Shown in pieces: positions 47,501-56,091 of a stretch of 63,720 nt of DNA. The position numbers were made by a program, and so were the translations under genes. How positions within the stretch are numbered: the first letter of the stretch is position 1; every line of letters starts with the position of its first letter. The stretch spans positions 1 to 63,720 of IMG/VR virus record IMGVR_UViG_3300050015_000317. The stretch is one strand, 5' to 3'. This DNA is from a virus (lineage: Duplodnaviria > Caudoviricetes). A model generated the notes under the pieces. It saw only the letters and a list, made by a program, of their open reading frames with translations, was not told where the DNA came from and did no database searches.

Positions 47501-50500
47501 GAACGTCAGCAGTTGCGCGCAAGTGCCGAGGTTGCGGAAAAGGGCAAGACGCCGTGGGCGAAGAAGGCGCGTACCAAGCGTGGCCCCAAGAAGGAAATGC
47601 CGCCGACGCTTGAGGAGGAGCGACAGAACGCCATCCGCGCCCACCGTGAGAAGCCCCACTTCGACGAGATCGGCAAGGCGAATAAGGAACTGGCCGAGAT
47701 TGACAAGCTGGCCGAAGTCGAGCAGCAGAAGTTGCCAGAAGGATACACCGTCAAGCCAATGGCTTCCGAGGAGGGCTACTACTACGTCGAGGATGCAGAA
47801 GGCAATGGTGTTGGCCGATACCCTCTGACGATGCGCGAGGCCATCGACGAAGCGTGGAAGGAGTCCGGCCAGAAACCGTCAGAACTCCCCAAGGAACTAC
47901 AAGACCGACGCGCCGCGGCTCAGGCAAGGCTCGATGCGGCAAGCGCCGCCTTGTCAAAGTTGAAGTCTTCCGAGGAAGCCCCCGCCGCGCCAGTCATCGA
48001 CAAGCCATCGACAACTGCACAGCCTGAGCAGGGCAAGCAGGGGTGGGAGATGGGACTGCTGGAGTATGGCAAGAGTAGGTTGCCAAAGTCCCAAGCCGAT
48101 CAAATAACCAACCCGCGACAGGTGGCGTCGTTTTCGGGCCAACACATCAAGGGAATCAAGGCTGCTATCGAGCGGAACCTGCCCGTACCCGCCGCCGTGC
48201 TGTCGGAATACAAGGGGACTCCCTGGGCGGACGAGGCGCTGGCCAAGATGGAGAAGGCCCAGACGACGGGCAAGGGGGAAGTCGGCCTGGACGCGCTGGG
48301 CAAGGGGATGGCTGAGCGCGGGCAGGAAGTCCGCGCCCTACTCGACCGCGCAGACGCACTCAACATTGACCGAAAGGGCATGACCGAACCCGAACTAGTG
48401 AAGGCGATTGCCGATGCGGAGGCGAAGCCCAAGCGCATCGTCTCTGACGCGGGCGGGAAGAAGGCGAAGAGGGCCACTCCTGGAGGCGAGGCGGGCGCAA
48501 TGGCCTCTCCCGTTCGCGAACTCGCAGCGCCCATCAAGCGAGACAACGCCCCGCCCCGCATCGAGGTTGCACCCATCGAAGGCGGAACGCCCAAGGCGCT
48601 CGACAAGATCATCATGGACGTGGGCACGCTTCGCCGCAGTCCGATCTTCGGCGGAAAGACACCCCGCAGCGCCGCAGGCGTCTACCGCCCCGGCACGGCC
48701 GAGACAATGATCCGCTTCCAGGGCGATCTTGACACGGCCGCGCACGAAGTGGCTCACAGTTTCGACGACCTCTACAGAATCGTTCCCGGCGCGAAGTACC
48801 GGATGAACAAGGGCCAGCAGTTCGGCGAAACCCCGTGGAGCGCCAATCGCGCCAAGGGCGAATTCGACGAGGAGCTGTCGAAGTTCTGGTGGCACGGTTC
48901 CGCGTCCGAATCCGGCCCCCACGCCAAGTTGACCTACAAGCGCGGCGAGGGCGTGGCCGAGTTCCTGCGGGCCTACATGGTCAACCCGGAAGCGGCCAAG
49001 GCTGAAGCGCCCCGGTTCTACGAGTTCCTAAAGAAGCAGATGCCCGCCGATGCGTGGGCCAAGCTGGACGCCTTCGGCAAGGATATCCGCGAGTGGGCGG
49101 GCCTCGATCCGCTGGCGCAGATTGGAACAAATATAGAAGTGGGCGAGAAGTCCAAGTTGCAGCGGTTGCGAGAGAGCGTACAACGCGACACCTACGACTA
49201 CCGCACGTCACTAACGACTATCGCCGACAAGTTATTCCGCGACGACATGGCCCCCATTGTGGCTGGCTACGAGCAATCCCTGCGCCTGGCCGCCAAAGAC
49301 CTGTCGGCCATGAAGCCGTCCGATAACGCCTTGTATACGCTTCGCCGCCTGACGCACACGGGCGGCACAGTGGACGAGCAACTTGTGACCGGCCTGGTTG
49401 ATTGGGGCAAGACGCAGAAGGAAGGCAAGTGGGTTCTGGCCGAGGATAACGGCAAACCCATGACGCAGGAATGGCTCTTGGAACCGCTGGACAAGTCCGG
49501 TGGCGTCGCTTCCATGAACAAGGACATGGAACTCGTCCGCAGTTTCATGGTTGCGGAGCGCGTCGTGGAACGCGCCGAAGTGCTGGATAAGCAGTCTTAC
49601 CGTGAGATCGTCGGAGGTATCGACAAGCAGGCCGCGAAGATTGAGAAGGTGCTGGACGGCCCGCTGGCGGAAACGATGGATGAGGCCAGGGTGGCGGCGC
49701 TAAGCGATGAGGCACAGGCGCTTCGCCAAGCGGTTCGTGGTGCTGACGCCCTGACTGGCCCGGCCGCAAACAAGCTCCGCGCGATCGCCGACGCCTTGCC
49801 TGAAACGCAGTGGGCGAAACAGGCGATCAAGGCTGTCGAGTGGAATGCCCGACGCAAGCAGCGACTATCCGGCACGGGTGGTGGGATCGTCAGCGACCTC
49901 AAGCAGTCTGAAGCTGCCGTCGAGCAGATGAAGCAAGACCCTGAAACCTACGCGAGAATCGGCGAGGCCGCCCGGCGATACCGCGCTATGGCCGACGTTG
50001 CCATCCTCAAGGCGCAGGTGGACCTGGGGCGCATCACGCAGAAATCGGCCGACGCCATCCGCGAGGACAACCAGTTCTATACCGACATGCACCGCGTCAT
50101 GGAAGATCGGCTCCAGATAAGACCTCTCGCCGGCGGCAAGCGTCCCGGAAAGACGGCCGAGACTATTCATGCTTTTGAGGGTTCAACCCGCCGCATCATG
50201 GACACGTACCTGAATCTGCTGGAGGCTGTCGAGGCGGCGCAGGCAGAGGGAATCCGAAACCAGTTCAAGCAACAGTTGACCGAGCCCCTCATCGGCAAGC
50301 GCGGCATGTACGAAGGCGCGCCGCAACAGTTGTCCACCATTGGCCGAAAGGTCGCCGGCGGAACGCCTGACGCCATTACCCTGTACCGCAACGGCAAGAA
50401 GGAACACTGGCTCTTTGAACCTGAAATCCAGAAGGTCCTCAAGGGTGTCGATCAGGCCGCAATGGATGGCTTGCTGTCCAAGGTGCTACAAATTCCCGGT

Positions 50501-51949
50501 CGCATCATGCAGGCGGCAGTCGTCTGGTCGCCCCCGTTCATGGTGCGCAACAAACTGCGCGACATCCAGAGCTGGCTCGTCCTGTCCGAAACTGGCGCGA
50601 CGCCCTGGGACGCCCTGCGCCGCCAGAGGCCAGAGGACGCACAAGGGTTGAGGTTGGGCGGCGGCGACTTTTCCGGTTATTACCAGAACCGCAGAACCTA
50701 TCAAAAGGCACTCAAGGAAACCGCCCGCGAACTGGCCGACGACAAAGGAACTATCCTTACGATGCCCGGCGATCTGGCGCGGGCCTATGGGCGGATGGGC
50801 AAGTGGTCGGAGCGTTCCACGCGAACACAAGAATACCGCAACGCCTTCAAGAAGGCTGTCGAGGAACTTGGGTATAACGAGTACGATGCCAGCCTGTACG
50901 CAGCGGCGAAAGCCCGCGACCTGATGGACTTCGCAATGGCGGGTTCGGTCGTTCGGCAGATCAACAAGTACATCAAGTTCACGGCCCCCGCCATGCGTGG
51001 AGTGTTTAGGGCAATCGAAGGTGTCAAACGAGACCCAGTGGGCGTCCTGACTAAATGGGCGCTCTATGTAGTTGTTCCGACGTTGGCGGTTCGGGCATGG
51101 AACGCCGCCAGCGGCAACGAAGAAGAGTACGACGCCCTACCCGCGTGGCGCAGAGACTTGTACTATAACTTCAAGGTCGCGTCAAATACATGGATCAGCA
51201 TTCCCAAGCCGTTTGAACTTGGAGCGCTGGGTTCGGCAGTCGAGCGAGCGATACAGACATTGCGGGGCAAGAAGGACGCCTGGGACGGATACGCCGGAAG
51301 CATGTCAAGGGCGCTGTTGCCAGTGGACGAGTCGGCGCTGTTTGGGCCTGGCCGTGCAGTTGTCGGGCCGATAGCCAACTACGACTTCCTCAGGAATGGC
51401 CCCATCGTTCCTGACTACGAGAAGGATTTGCCCGTCGAGTATCGCAAGGGTGCTGAACACGCGACGAACGCGGCCAAACTGATAAGCAAGGCCACAGCAT
51501 CCACCATCGACCCGCGATACATCGACAACTTCATCAACGGCCAGTTTGGAAGTCTAGGCCGGATGGCTACGACGGCCAGCAACATCGGACGAACCGACGT
51601 GGGCGGGATCGCGGGCGGTGCCGAAAAGACCGCCGAGTACATCGCGGGCGTCTTTGGAACAAGTCCCGCCTACAACTCCGTCGAGGTTCAGAGGGCGATG
51701 GAACTGCTGCGCCAGAACCAGCGGACGAGCAGCAGGGAAGCCAAGGCGCTTCGGGCCTTCGGGGAGCAGTACCGACAAGCCAAAACGGACGCCGAGAAAG
51801 ATCAGATCGCCAAGCAAATGAGGGAGTACGCCCGCAGTATCGTTCCGTATCTGGAAAAATTGACGCCGGGGATCAAAACGTCGCCCTGGAGCAGCCCTAA
51901 AGACTTCACCAAGTCGTTCAAGACTGATCTGACCAAGGGGAAGAAATGA
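44600..51949 (+). CDS. Large polyvalent internal virion protein (DarA C-terminal-like, HExxH peptidase-like, LPD38)
   Basis: 2449 aa; YRLTLRPAS...FGVAVYDKPL; AHEVAH; ISIPKPFELG. Confidence 0.8.
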   Translation: MGKLDEMWDSTGAVAVAPAPSKLDAMWDATPAPVTALVASAPDAPRGMIEPPTLDLSNRPRVRNADGSISTIRSIGVDVDGKQVLIPTVSDDGRIMSNKEAVQAYRTTGKHLGTYATQADVDAAGQFWHDKEQAKLNATPRDQFGQTMEDRPAQPSMAAPEAAPLTTSPGIAAEDSTGADVREVKDLVQQIVLPAQEAVTKHSLGGTEGVEQSMTAAIKPDAEKDANAQIAVREMLNTHKRVRPGWVEGLGRVVDVIPGGQIGQDLTARAKGEQTYAQQIAEAAQIGHGEPIDAEAVGRMLAVASKLPQVEQVNAFATIRALPAYRQATQDYIAGKYPVYSWTRDFAKQPEAQTVEEKGADIGAGLLAFMGAQRTFGSMLGEGGGLVKNMTSMELASQYTSSGQAKLGEGAALGAAYEIPTAIASKMPGPAWMKAGAAVILGYIVGSGTAKIGGADDVTTTIMGLMGAGMSPLAIRKSIKKTHPEVPDAVIDAAINQPKEVFDAAKAKIEASQTAQPAPNTSGSTIESTPAAGQPAPDSVTQHAQQPGNGLVTPEAAAPVETPRVVALKEALSTATTSDNASAIAEAIAKEKAVEPAPVSPLGETAAKSETPVEPTSKESLQVQEPALDKPAAPPWSAQRESATISPVTPTEGAGRTTPPEETPQAAGGKGTAHLDRVRARGFWTVRDVLDELKAQGVTLGKGEYLRFDPEDLSVGQDLKTSRVWDDGKPTDRTKKGTSALDPSAYQYEYHKDTHYAGKVYIVKGTSARKGFDPAEVVVQNAKVVRRINLPDSFSPSARPESPGESAPVTKTAGTPEQVQEEVSTGAKKEYRYRLTLRPASTANTPGGAVRFEDDGSQFGVAVYDKPLAQSAQKQFAMEPLDPLDPANVKKGFDNAIAAIDKEADYGEQSWQQKEGLYSPDTRRGGEAWRLTYFDAAGKPTGHTEFSSYQEARDYAASQRNAAAPVPERQQLRASAEVAEKGKTPWAKKARTKRGPKKEMPPTLEEERQNAIRAHREKPHFDEIGKANKELAEIDKLAEVEQQKLPEGYTVKPMASEEGYYYVEDAEGNGVGRYPLTMREAIDEAWKESGQKPSELPKELQDRRAAAQARLDAASAALSKLKSSEEAPAAPVIDKPSTTAQPEQGKQGWEMGLLEYGKSRLPKSQADQITNPRQVASFSGQHIKGIKAAIERNLPVPAAVLSEYKGTPWADEALAKMEKAQTTGKGEVGLDALGKGMAERGQEVRALLDRADALNIDRKGMTEPELVKAIADAEAKPKRIVSDAGGKKAKRATPGGEAGAMASPVRELAAPIKRDNAPPRIEVAPIEGGTPKALDKIIMDVGTLRRSPIFGGKTPRSAAGVYRPGTAETMIRFQGDLDTAAHEVAHSFDDLYRIVPGAKYRMNKGQQFGETPWSANRAKGEFDEELSKFWWHGSASESGPHAKLTYKRGEGVAEFLRAYMVNPEAAKAEAPRFYEFLKKQMPADAWAKLDAFGKDIREWAGLDPLAQIGTNIEVGEKSKLQRLRESVQRDTYDYRTSLTTIADKLFRDDMAPIVAGYEQSLRLAAKDLSAMKPSDNALYTLRRLTHTGGTVDEQLVTGLVDWGKTQKEGKWVLAEDNGKPMTQEWLLEPLDKSGGVASMNKDMELVRSFMVAERVVERAEVLDKQSYREIVGGIDKQAAKIEKVLDGPLAETMDEARVAALSDEAQALRQAVRGADALTGPAANKLRAIADALPETQWAKQAIKAVEWNARRKQRLSGTGGGIVSDLKQSEAAVEQMKQDPETYARIGEAARRYRAMADVAILKAQVDLGRITQKSADAIREDNQFYTDMHRVMEDRLQIRPLAGGKRPGKTAETIHAFEGSTRRIMDTYLNLLEAVEAAQAEGIRNQFKQQLTEPLIGKRGMYEGAPQQLSTIGRKVAGGTPDAITLYRNGKKEHWLFEPEIQKVLKGVDQAAMDGLLSKVLQIPGRIMQAAVVWSPPFMVRNKLRDIQSWLVLSETGATPWDALRRQRPEDAQGLRLGGGDFSGYYQNRRTYQKALKETARELADDKGTILTMPGDLARAYGRMGKWSERSTRTQEYRNAFKKAVEELGYNEYDASLYAAAKARDLMDFAMAGSVVRQINKYIKFTAPAMRGVFRAIEGVKRDPVGVLTKWALYVVVPTLAVRAWNAASGNEEEYDALPAWRRDLYYNFKVASNTWISIPKPFELGALGSAVERAIQTLRGKKDAWDGYAGSMSRALLPVDESALFGPGRAVVGPIANYDFLRNGPIVPDYEKDLPVEYRKGAEHATNAAKLISKATASTIDPRYIDNFINGQFGSLGRMATTASNIGRTDVGGIAGGAEKTAEYIAGVFGTSPAYNSVEVQRAMELLRQNQRTSSREAKALRAFGEQYRQAKTDAEKDQIAKQMREYARSIVPYLEKLTPGIKTSPWSSPKDFTKSFKTDLTKGKK

Positions 51950-52206
51950 GCGCAACACCGTGTAACAAGGAAGTTCTGCCGGGCTGCGCCCGCGAGTTCG
52001 GGGCCATGAACGTCAAACTCGATGACCTGGCCAAGTCCAGCGACGCCATCCTGCACCACCTGGAAGGCAACGGGCAACCGGGGCTTATCAAGGACGTGGA
52101 TCGGCTCAAACAAACCAACAAGCGGAACGTGTGGTTGTGGAGGGCCGTGGCCGTGGCCGTCATCGGCCTGATGATAGAGGCCATCAAAAAGCACTTGGGA
52201 ATCTAA
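51946..52206 (+). CDS. Small membrane protein (holin-like/lysis region)
   Basis: LEGNGQPGL motif and C-terminal TM. Confidence 0.6.
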   Translation: MSATPCNKEVLPGCAREFGAMNVKLDDLAKSSDAILHHLEGNGQPGLIKDVDRLKQTNKRNVWLWRAVAVAVIGLMIEAIKKHLGI

Positions 52207-52232
52207 CCGGGCCTTTGGCCCAAGGAGTACCC

Positions 52233-52481
52233 GTGAAGTACGCAATGATCCTGCTGGTCCTGGCGGCCCTGACGTTCGGTGGCTGCACCGTGTTCTCGGC
52301 GTCCGATACCGTGCTGGTGGATAACCACCTGGGCAACGCGCAGGCCATGAACAAGCTCGTCCAGGCCGACGCCAACGCCGCCCCGGCCTACAAGCAGTGG
52401 ATGCAGGCCGATACAGCGTCCTGGCAGTGGATGGCCGACAAGGCCCACCGCCGCACCCCCACAACCCTTCCCACAAAGTAG
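52233..52481 (+). CDS. Small lipoprotein
   Basis: GTG after AAGGAG; signal peptide with lipobox FGGC. Confidence 0.7.
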   Translation: MKYAMILLVLAALTFGGCTVFSASDTVLVDNHLGNAQAMNKLVQADANAAPAYKQWMQADTASWQWMADKAHRRTPTTLPTK

Positions 52482-52488
52482 GTGACAC

Positions 52489-52833
52489 ATGGACCCGAAA
52501 CTCAAAGAACAACTCGTAAACATCTTCGGACAACTGGCGGTCGCGGCCGGGGAGCAGCTTCAGCCAGCCTACGGCGCGGCGATTGCCCGTATGGGCATCA
52601 AAGAGGCTCTGGCCTTGGCGACGCTGATCCAGGGTAAGAAGTGGACCGACGCGCAGGCGGCCATCCGGACCCAGATGACCGCGCAGGAGCTGGCCGACGA
52701 AAAGAGCAAGCTGGCAGACCTGACGTTTGACTCAGCAGTGTCGGCGGCGCAGGGCTGGAGCTTTGCGGAAGCACTCTTACAGGCGGGACTCAAGGTGCTT
52801 TTGGCCCTGGCGCTTGGCGCTGTGGGACTTTAG
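52489..52833 (+). CDS. Membrane-associated protein
   Basis: C-terminal hydrophobic helix; RBS AGGTG. Confidence 0.65.
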   Translation: MDPKLKEQLVNIFGQLAVAAGEQLQPAYGAAIARMGIKEALALATLIQGKKWTDAQAAIRTQMTAQELADEKSKLADLTFDSAVSAAQGWSFAEALLQAGLKVLLALALGAVGL

Positions 52834-52864
52834 CCTCCTCACCGCCTGGAGCATTCTTAGGAGA

Positions 52865-53110
52865 ATGAGCATGGACACGATCAAGCAACTTCTGGCCAAG
52901 TACGCGACGCCGTTTCTGGTCAAGATCGTCCTTCGCGGATTGGCCTACGGCACGGCGTTTGTCAGTGCCAAACTAGCGATTGAATCTCCCGACGCGGACG
53001 CCCTGACCAAGACCGCCGAGTGGGGCGGGGCGGCACTCGCGGCGGGCCTGGGCCTGCTGATCGACTATCTCCAGCACCGTTGGCAGGACAAGCAACCGGC
53101 CAAAGCCTAA
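52865..53110 (+). CDS. Holin-like two-TM protein
   Basis: Two hydrophobic segments, charged tail; last gene before the terminator. Confidence 0.55.
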   Translation: MSMDTIKQLLAKYATPFLVKIVLRGLAYGTAFVSAKLAIESPDADALTKTAEWGGAALAAGLGLLIDYLQHRWQDKQPAKA

Positions 53111-53134
53111 GTAGTCTACAATTTGCAGAACAAG

Positions 53135-53163
53135 CGCCCCGTCAGAAATGGCGGGGCGTTTTT
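53135..53163 (+). terminator. Intrinsic terminator ending the late operon
   Basis: CGCCCCGTCA-GAAA-TGGCGGGGCG followed by TTTTT. Confidence 0.88.
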
Positions 53164-53187
53164 ATGCGCAGATTTCGATATTTGGGC

Positions 53188-53217
53188 TTGACTTGTGCGG
53201 GCGGGGTTTAATAAGAT
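53188..53217 (+). promoter_or_regulatory. Sigma70-type promoter
   Basis: TTGACT-18-TAAGAT. Confidence 0.6.
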
Positions 53218-53262
53218 TGAAACCGATGCCAAGGACGGCACACATCTTGACTGACGCAAACA

Positions 53263-53299
53263 CCGCGACAGGCTCGCTCGGTTCGATTCCGAGACGCGG
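53263..53299 (+). ncRNA. tRNA-like minihelix (element 2)
   Basis: Perfect T-arm CTCGG-TTCGATT-CCGAG stacked on CCGCG/CGCGG; no D or anticodon arm. Confidence 0.5.
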
Positions 53300-53709
53300 A
53301 CTTTTTGTAGACATAGCCCAGAGCATCGGGAGTGACGTGTTGACTCTATCCGGTTTCGCAAAGTGCGTTTTGCCGGGACCAAAAACGCAAGGAAACTGCC
53401 GCACAGCCACGGGAACCCGTTGCCAGATTGAAGGCGAAAGCCTGCGGCTGGCTACTCAAAACGGGGCGGCGCGACGTTGCAAGTTTAGTAATCGGCGCAA
53501 AAACGAGCGGAGTCCAGACCTGACCCTGTCTGCCGCGAACGTGTTCCTAGCCCTGCGCTGGTTCGTTTTAAGCAACGCTTGAGTCAACGTAGACCCTTTA
53601 ATCACCCTGAAGCCTAAGAGCCTTGTGGTTCAAAAGGCAAGACCAGGGTGAACACGGGAAAGAGGGTCGAGTGTGCGCAGAGCGCAGAAGACGTTGAAGG
53701 GTGAAGTAG

Positions 53710-53916
53710 ATGAACACGGCAGAAACGGCAGCTACAATCAAGGCGATGATTGAATCCTGCGCCAGCGAACGTGGTGGTTACAGGAAAGCCCTCATCGACC
53801 TTTTGGGCGTTCAGTACGAACGTCCGTTCAATCTTCCGACGGCATGGAAGAAGCGGCTGGAGCAGTTCGGCGACGTGGCCAAGGTCGAACAGGCGGCCGC
53901 GCTGGGTAATTTTTGA
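53710..53916 (+). CDS. Hypothetical protein
   Basis: ATG after purine-rich RBS; protein-like composition. Confidence 0.55.
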   Translation: MNTAETAATIKAMIESCASERGGYRKALIDLLGVQYERPFNLPTAWKKRLEQFGDVAKVEQAAALGNF

Positions 53917-53934
53917 TTAGGGGGATTTTCCTGG

Positions 53935-53963
53935 TTGACTTGTAGGGTATTTGCCTATAGCTT
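53935..53963 (+). promoter_or_regulatory. Putative promoter pointing antisense into the repressor
   Basis: TTGACT-17-TAGCTT. Confidence 0.45.
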
Positions 53964-54140
53964 TCACGTTCAGTGACCTCGCCAGTTTGAGGAGGCCGGC
54001 CCAACTCAAAATCACAATTGCGGGAAGGCAGGACGTTATGTGCAGCACCGTCATATCTGTGGCAACCCCATGTTCCTCTGCCCACGCCGAGCTGCACGAG
54101 CTTGTGGATCGCCTGCCCGTAGAACATGCGCAGGCCGCAG

Positions 54141-54545
54141 TCAGCGTTTTGCGGGCGTTCCTTGATCGCCAAGACCAGCACGCAGGTCGCCGCCAAACTT
54201 TGCAGCGTCCTCGTCTGCTGTCCCAAGCAGGGCCTCGACCATCCCTATAGCTTTCAGCCGTCGCCGATAGGGGAGCTTGCGGAACGCTGTCAGCAGTTCT
54301 TTCTCATCAGCATCCGGGGGCATCAGACTCTCGATAGTTTCTCCCGGCGTGTGCAATGAGCCTGGCGGCAGCGCCAAGGCCGCTTCGATGCTGGCCGCGA
54401 GCTTTCGACTGGGGCGCAAGCGACCTTGCCGAATCCGAGACATGGTATTCTCGGAACATCCAACCTTGTCGGCCAGCGACCGCGCCGTAATCCGAGAGGC
54501 GCGTAACGCATGGTTCAATTTGTTGCCGTCAAACTCCATAATCAA
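54141..54545 (-). CDS. XRE-family HTH repressor (CI-like)
   Basis: ARSLADKVGCSENTMSRIRQGRLRPS HTH; DEKELLTAFRKL C-terminus; divergent from the early operon. Confidence 0.85.
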   Translation of the reverse strand: MIMEFDGNKLNHALRASRITARSLADKVGCSENTMSRIRQGRLRPSRKLAASIEAALALPPGSLHTPGETIESLMPPDADEKELLTAFRKLPYRRRLKAIGMVEALLGTADEDAAKFGGDLRAGLGDQGTPAKR

Positions 54546-54653
54546 TTCTAGGTATCGTACTTATTCCTAGCCTTTCTAAAAGTTTTTTCTTCGCGCAAGC
54601 GCAATATTTCCATATACTTGCCATCAGCGCAAAAAATTGCGTAGAGTTTTGCG

Positions 54654-54683
54654 TTGACCTATACCCTAGGCCGTGTTAAGAAT
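54654..54683 (+). promoter_or_regulatory. Early rightward promoter in the genetic switch
   Basis: TTGACC-17-TAAGAAT with TG extension, in an AT-rich divergent spacer. Confidence 0.7.
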
Positions 54684-54833
54684 CCTTCCTAGACAAAGGA
54701 AGAGCGGCCATGAAGATGCACGGATGCATAAGCCTCAATAACAACCACACACAAAACGACGGCAATGGGCCGGAGTCGAAAGGGAGCTTGGCCGCTATCC
54801 TGACTCCGGCCCGCCGTGTTTCTGGGACGTGCC

Positions 54834-55031
54834 ATGCTCCAACTCATCACATCGCAGGAACTCGATTCGATGCTGGCGCTGTGCAGTGCCGGTGCGCGGT
54901 CGCGGATGCGGGCCGTCCTCAAGAGCCACGGCGCGCTGCCAATCGACAGGGGCCGCGCGACCAAGTGGAAGCTCTCGGAAGTCGAGTCGGCAATCCGCAA
55001 GATGCAGTTGGAACAGAATGGCCAGTTATAG
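54834..55031 (+). CDS. Excisionase/AlpA-like small DNA-binding protein
   Basis: LITSQEL...PIDRGRATKWKLSEVE winged-HTH pattern. Confidence 0.65.
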   Translation: MLQLITSQELDSMLALCSAGARSRMRAVLKSHGALPIDRGRATKWKLSEVESAIRKMQLEQNGQL

Positions 55032-55160
55032 CTCATTGCGACTCCTGGCCGTCCATTGCCCCTGATTCATCCCTGATAGCATTGACGGTAGCACAGGTGT
55101 CCAAATCTGTCAAGGCACAAAATTCCACTCTCGGCGGGCATTCAGGGTGCCTTCCGAAAA

Positions 55161-55560
55161 CCTGGCGCGATACGTACCACGGTCGCGTCAGGGTATTCTT
55201 CCCGGTCGCGTCTTGTGGCGCGACTATGCACCGAGGCCGCCAGCGGGTAGTTGCGCCCGCTGGCACTTTTGCTTCCCCAGCACGGCTCACCCCGGCCGTG
55301 CGTCCCACGCCGCCCGCGCGCGTATTCCCCCCGTCGCGCCGGGCGGCCCTTTGCACTATCCCCCTGCCGACGATGCACATGACGACAGTCACCCCCCAGG
55401 CAGGGACTAACCACGGGCCGCGTTCTGGCGAAGTGATGGTCGCCGTTTCGCTCGCGGCCCATTTGATCTACCTGGCCCCAACCGCCCGGCACACGGGCAC
55501 GGACGCTACAGGCATCGCGGTTGCCGCGCGAGTAGGTCCTGGACGGGCGGTTTGGGCCTT
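55161..55560 (+). ncRNA. Array of ~8 consecutive GC-rich hairpins (candidate structured RNA)
   Basis: Back-to-back inverted repeats; no credible ORF. Confidence 0.55.
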
Positions 55561-55773
55561 CGCTATGGGCGGCGGGCCGTGGAGCAATTCCCGTCCCGTG
55601 TTTAACGCGACCTGCCGCATTGAACAAACCGGCCACGAGCCGAAAGGATAACAAGTGAGCAACCTACAACGTCAGCCGCAGGCCGTGGACCGCAGCCACC
55701 CCAGATTGACAGTGGAAAATGCACTCAATCCGGTAGCGGCTGGCGTTGTCTTTGATCTGGAGGTCGAGAGCAA

Positions 55774-56091
55774 ATGAGCGAGACTATCAAGCATACGCCG
55801 ACACCGTGGGATTGGTCCAAAGGCGAAGCCACTGACTGCGACATCGTGACCAGTTATTCTGGCGTAATTGCCGTCATGGAGCATAACCACGTTGCGGGCA
55901 TAGACGGCCCCGCCAACGCCGCTTTCATCGTCCGCGCCTGCAACTCGCCCGACGCGATGCTGGCAGCCCTCAAGCGTCAGGTGGACAACATCGAGTTATG
56001 GCTTTTGACGGGCGTCCCGGCGACTAAGTGCCAGTCGCAGTCAATCTACGAGCAGATGGCCGCCGCGATCAAACTGGGAGAAGGCAAATGA
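55774..56091 (+). CDS. Hypothetical phage protein (HTPTPW...ANAAFIVRACN family)
   Basis: Motif common in phage early proteins; RBS GGAGG. Confidence 0.75.
   Translation: MSETIKHTPTPWDWSKGEATDCDIVTSYSGVIAVMEHNHVAGIDGPANAAFIVRACNSPDAMLAALKRQVDNIELWLLTGVPATKCQSQSIYEQMAAAIKLGEGK

Noticed and set aside
54710-55651. 313-aa ORF after the early promoter
   Set aside because: Low-complexity Ala/Arg/Pro sequence overlapping a better Xis-like gene and a hairpin array; it does have an RBS, so a short translated leader is not excluded
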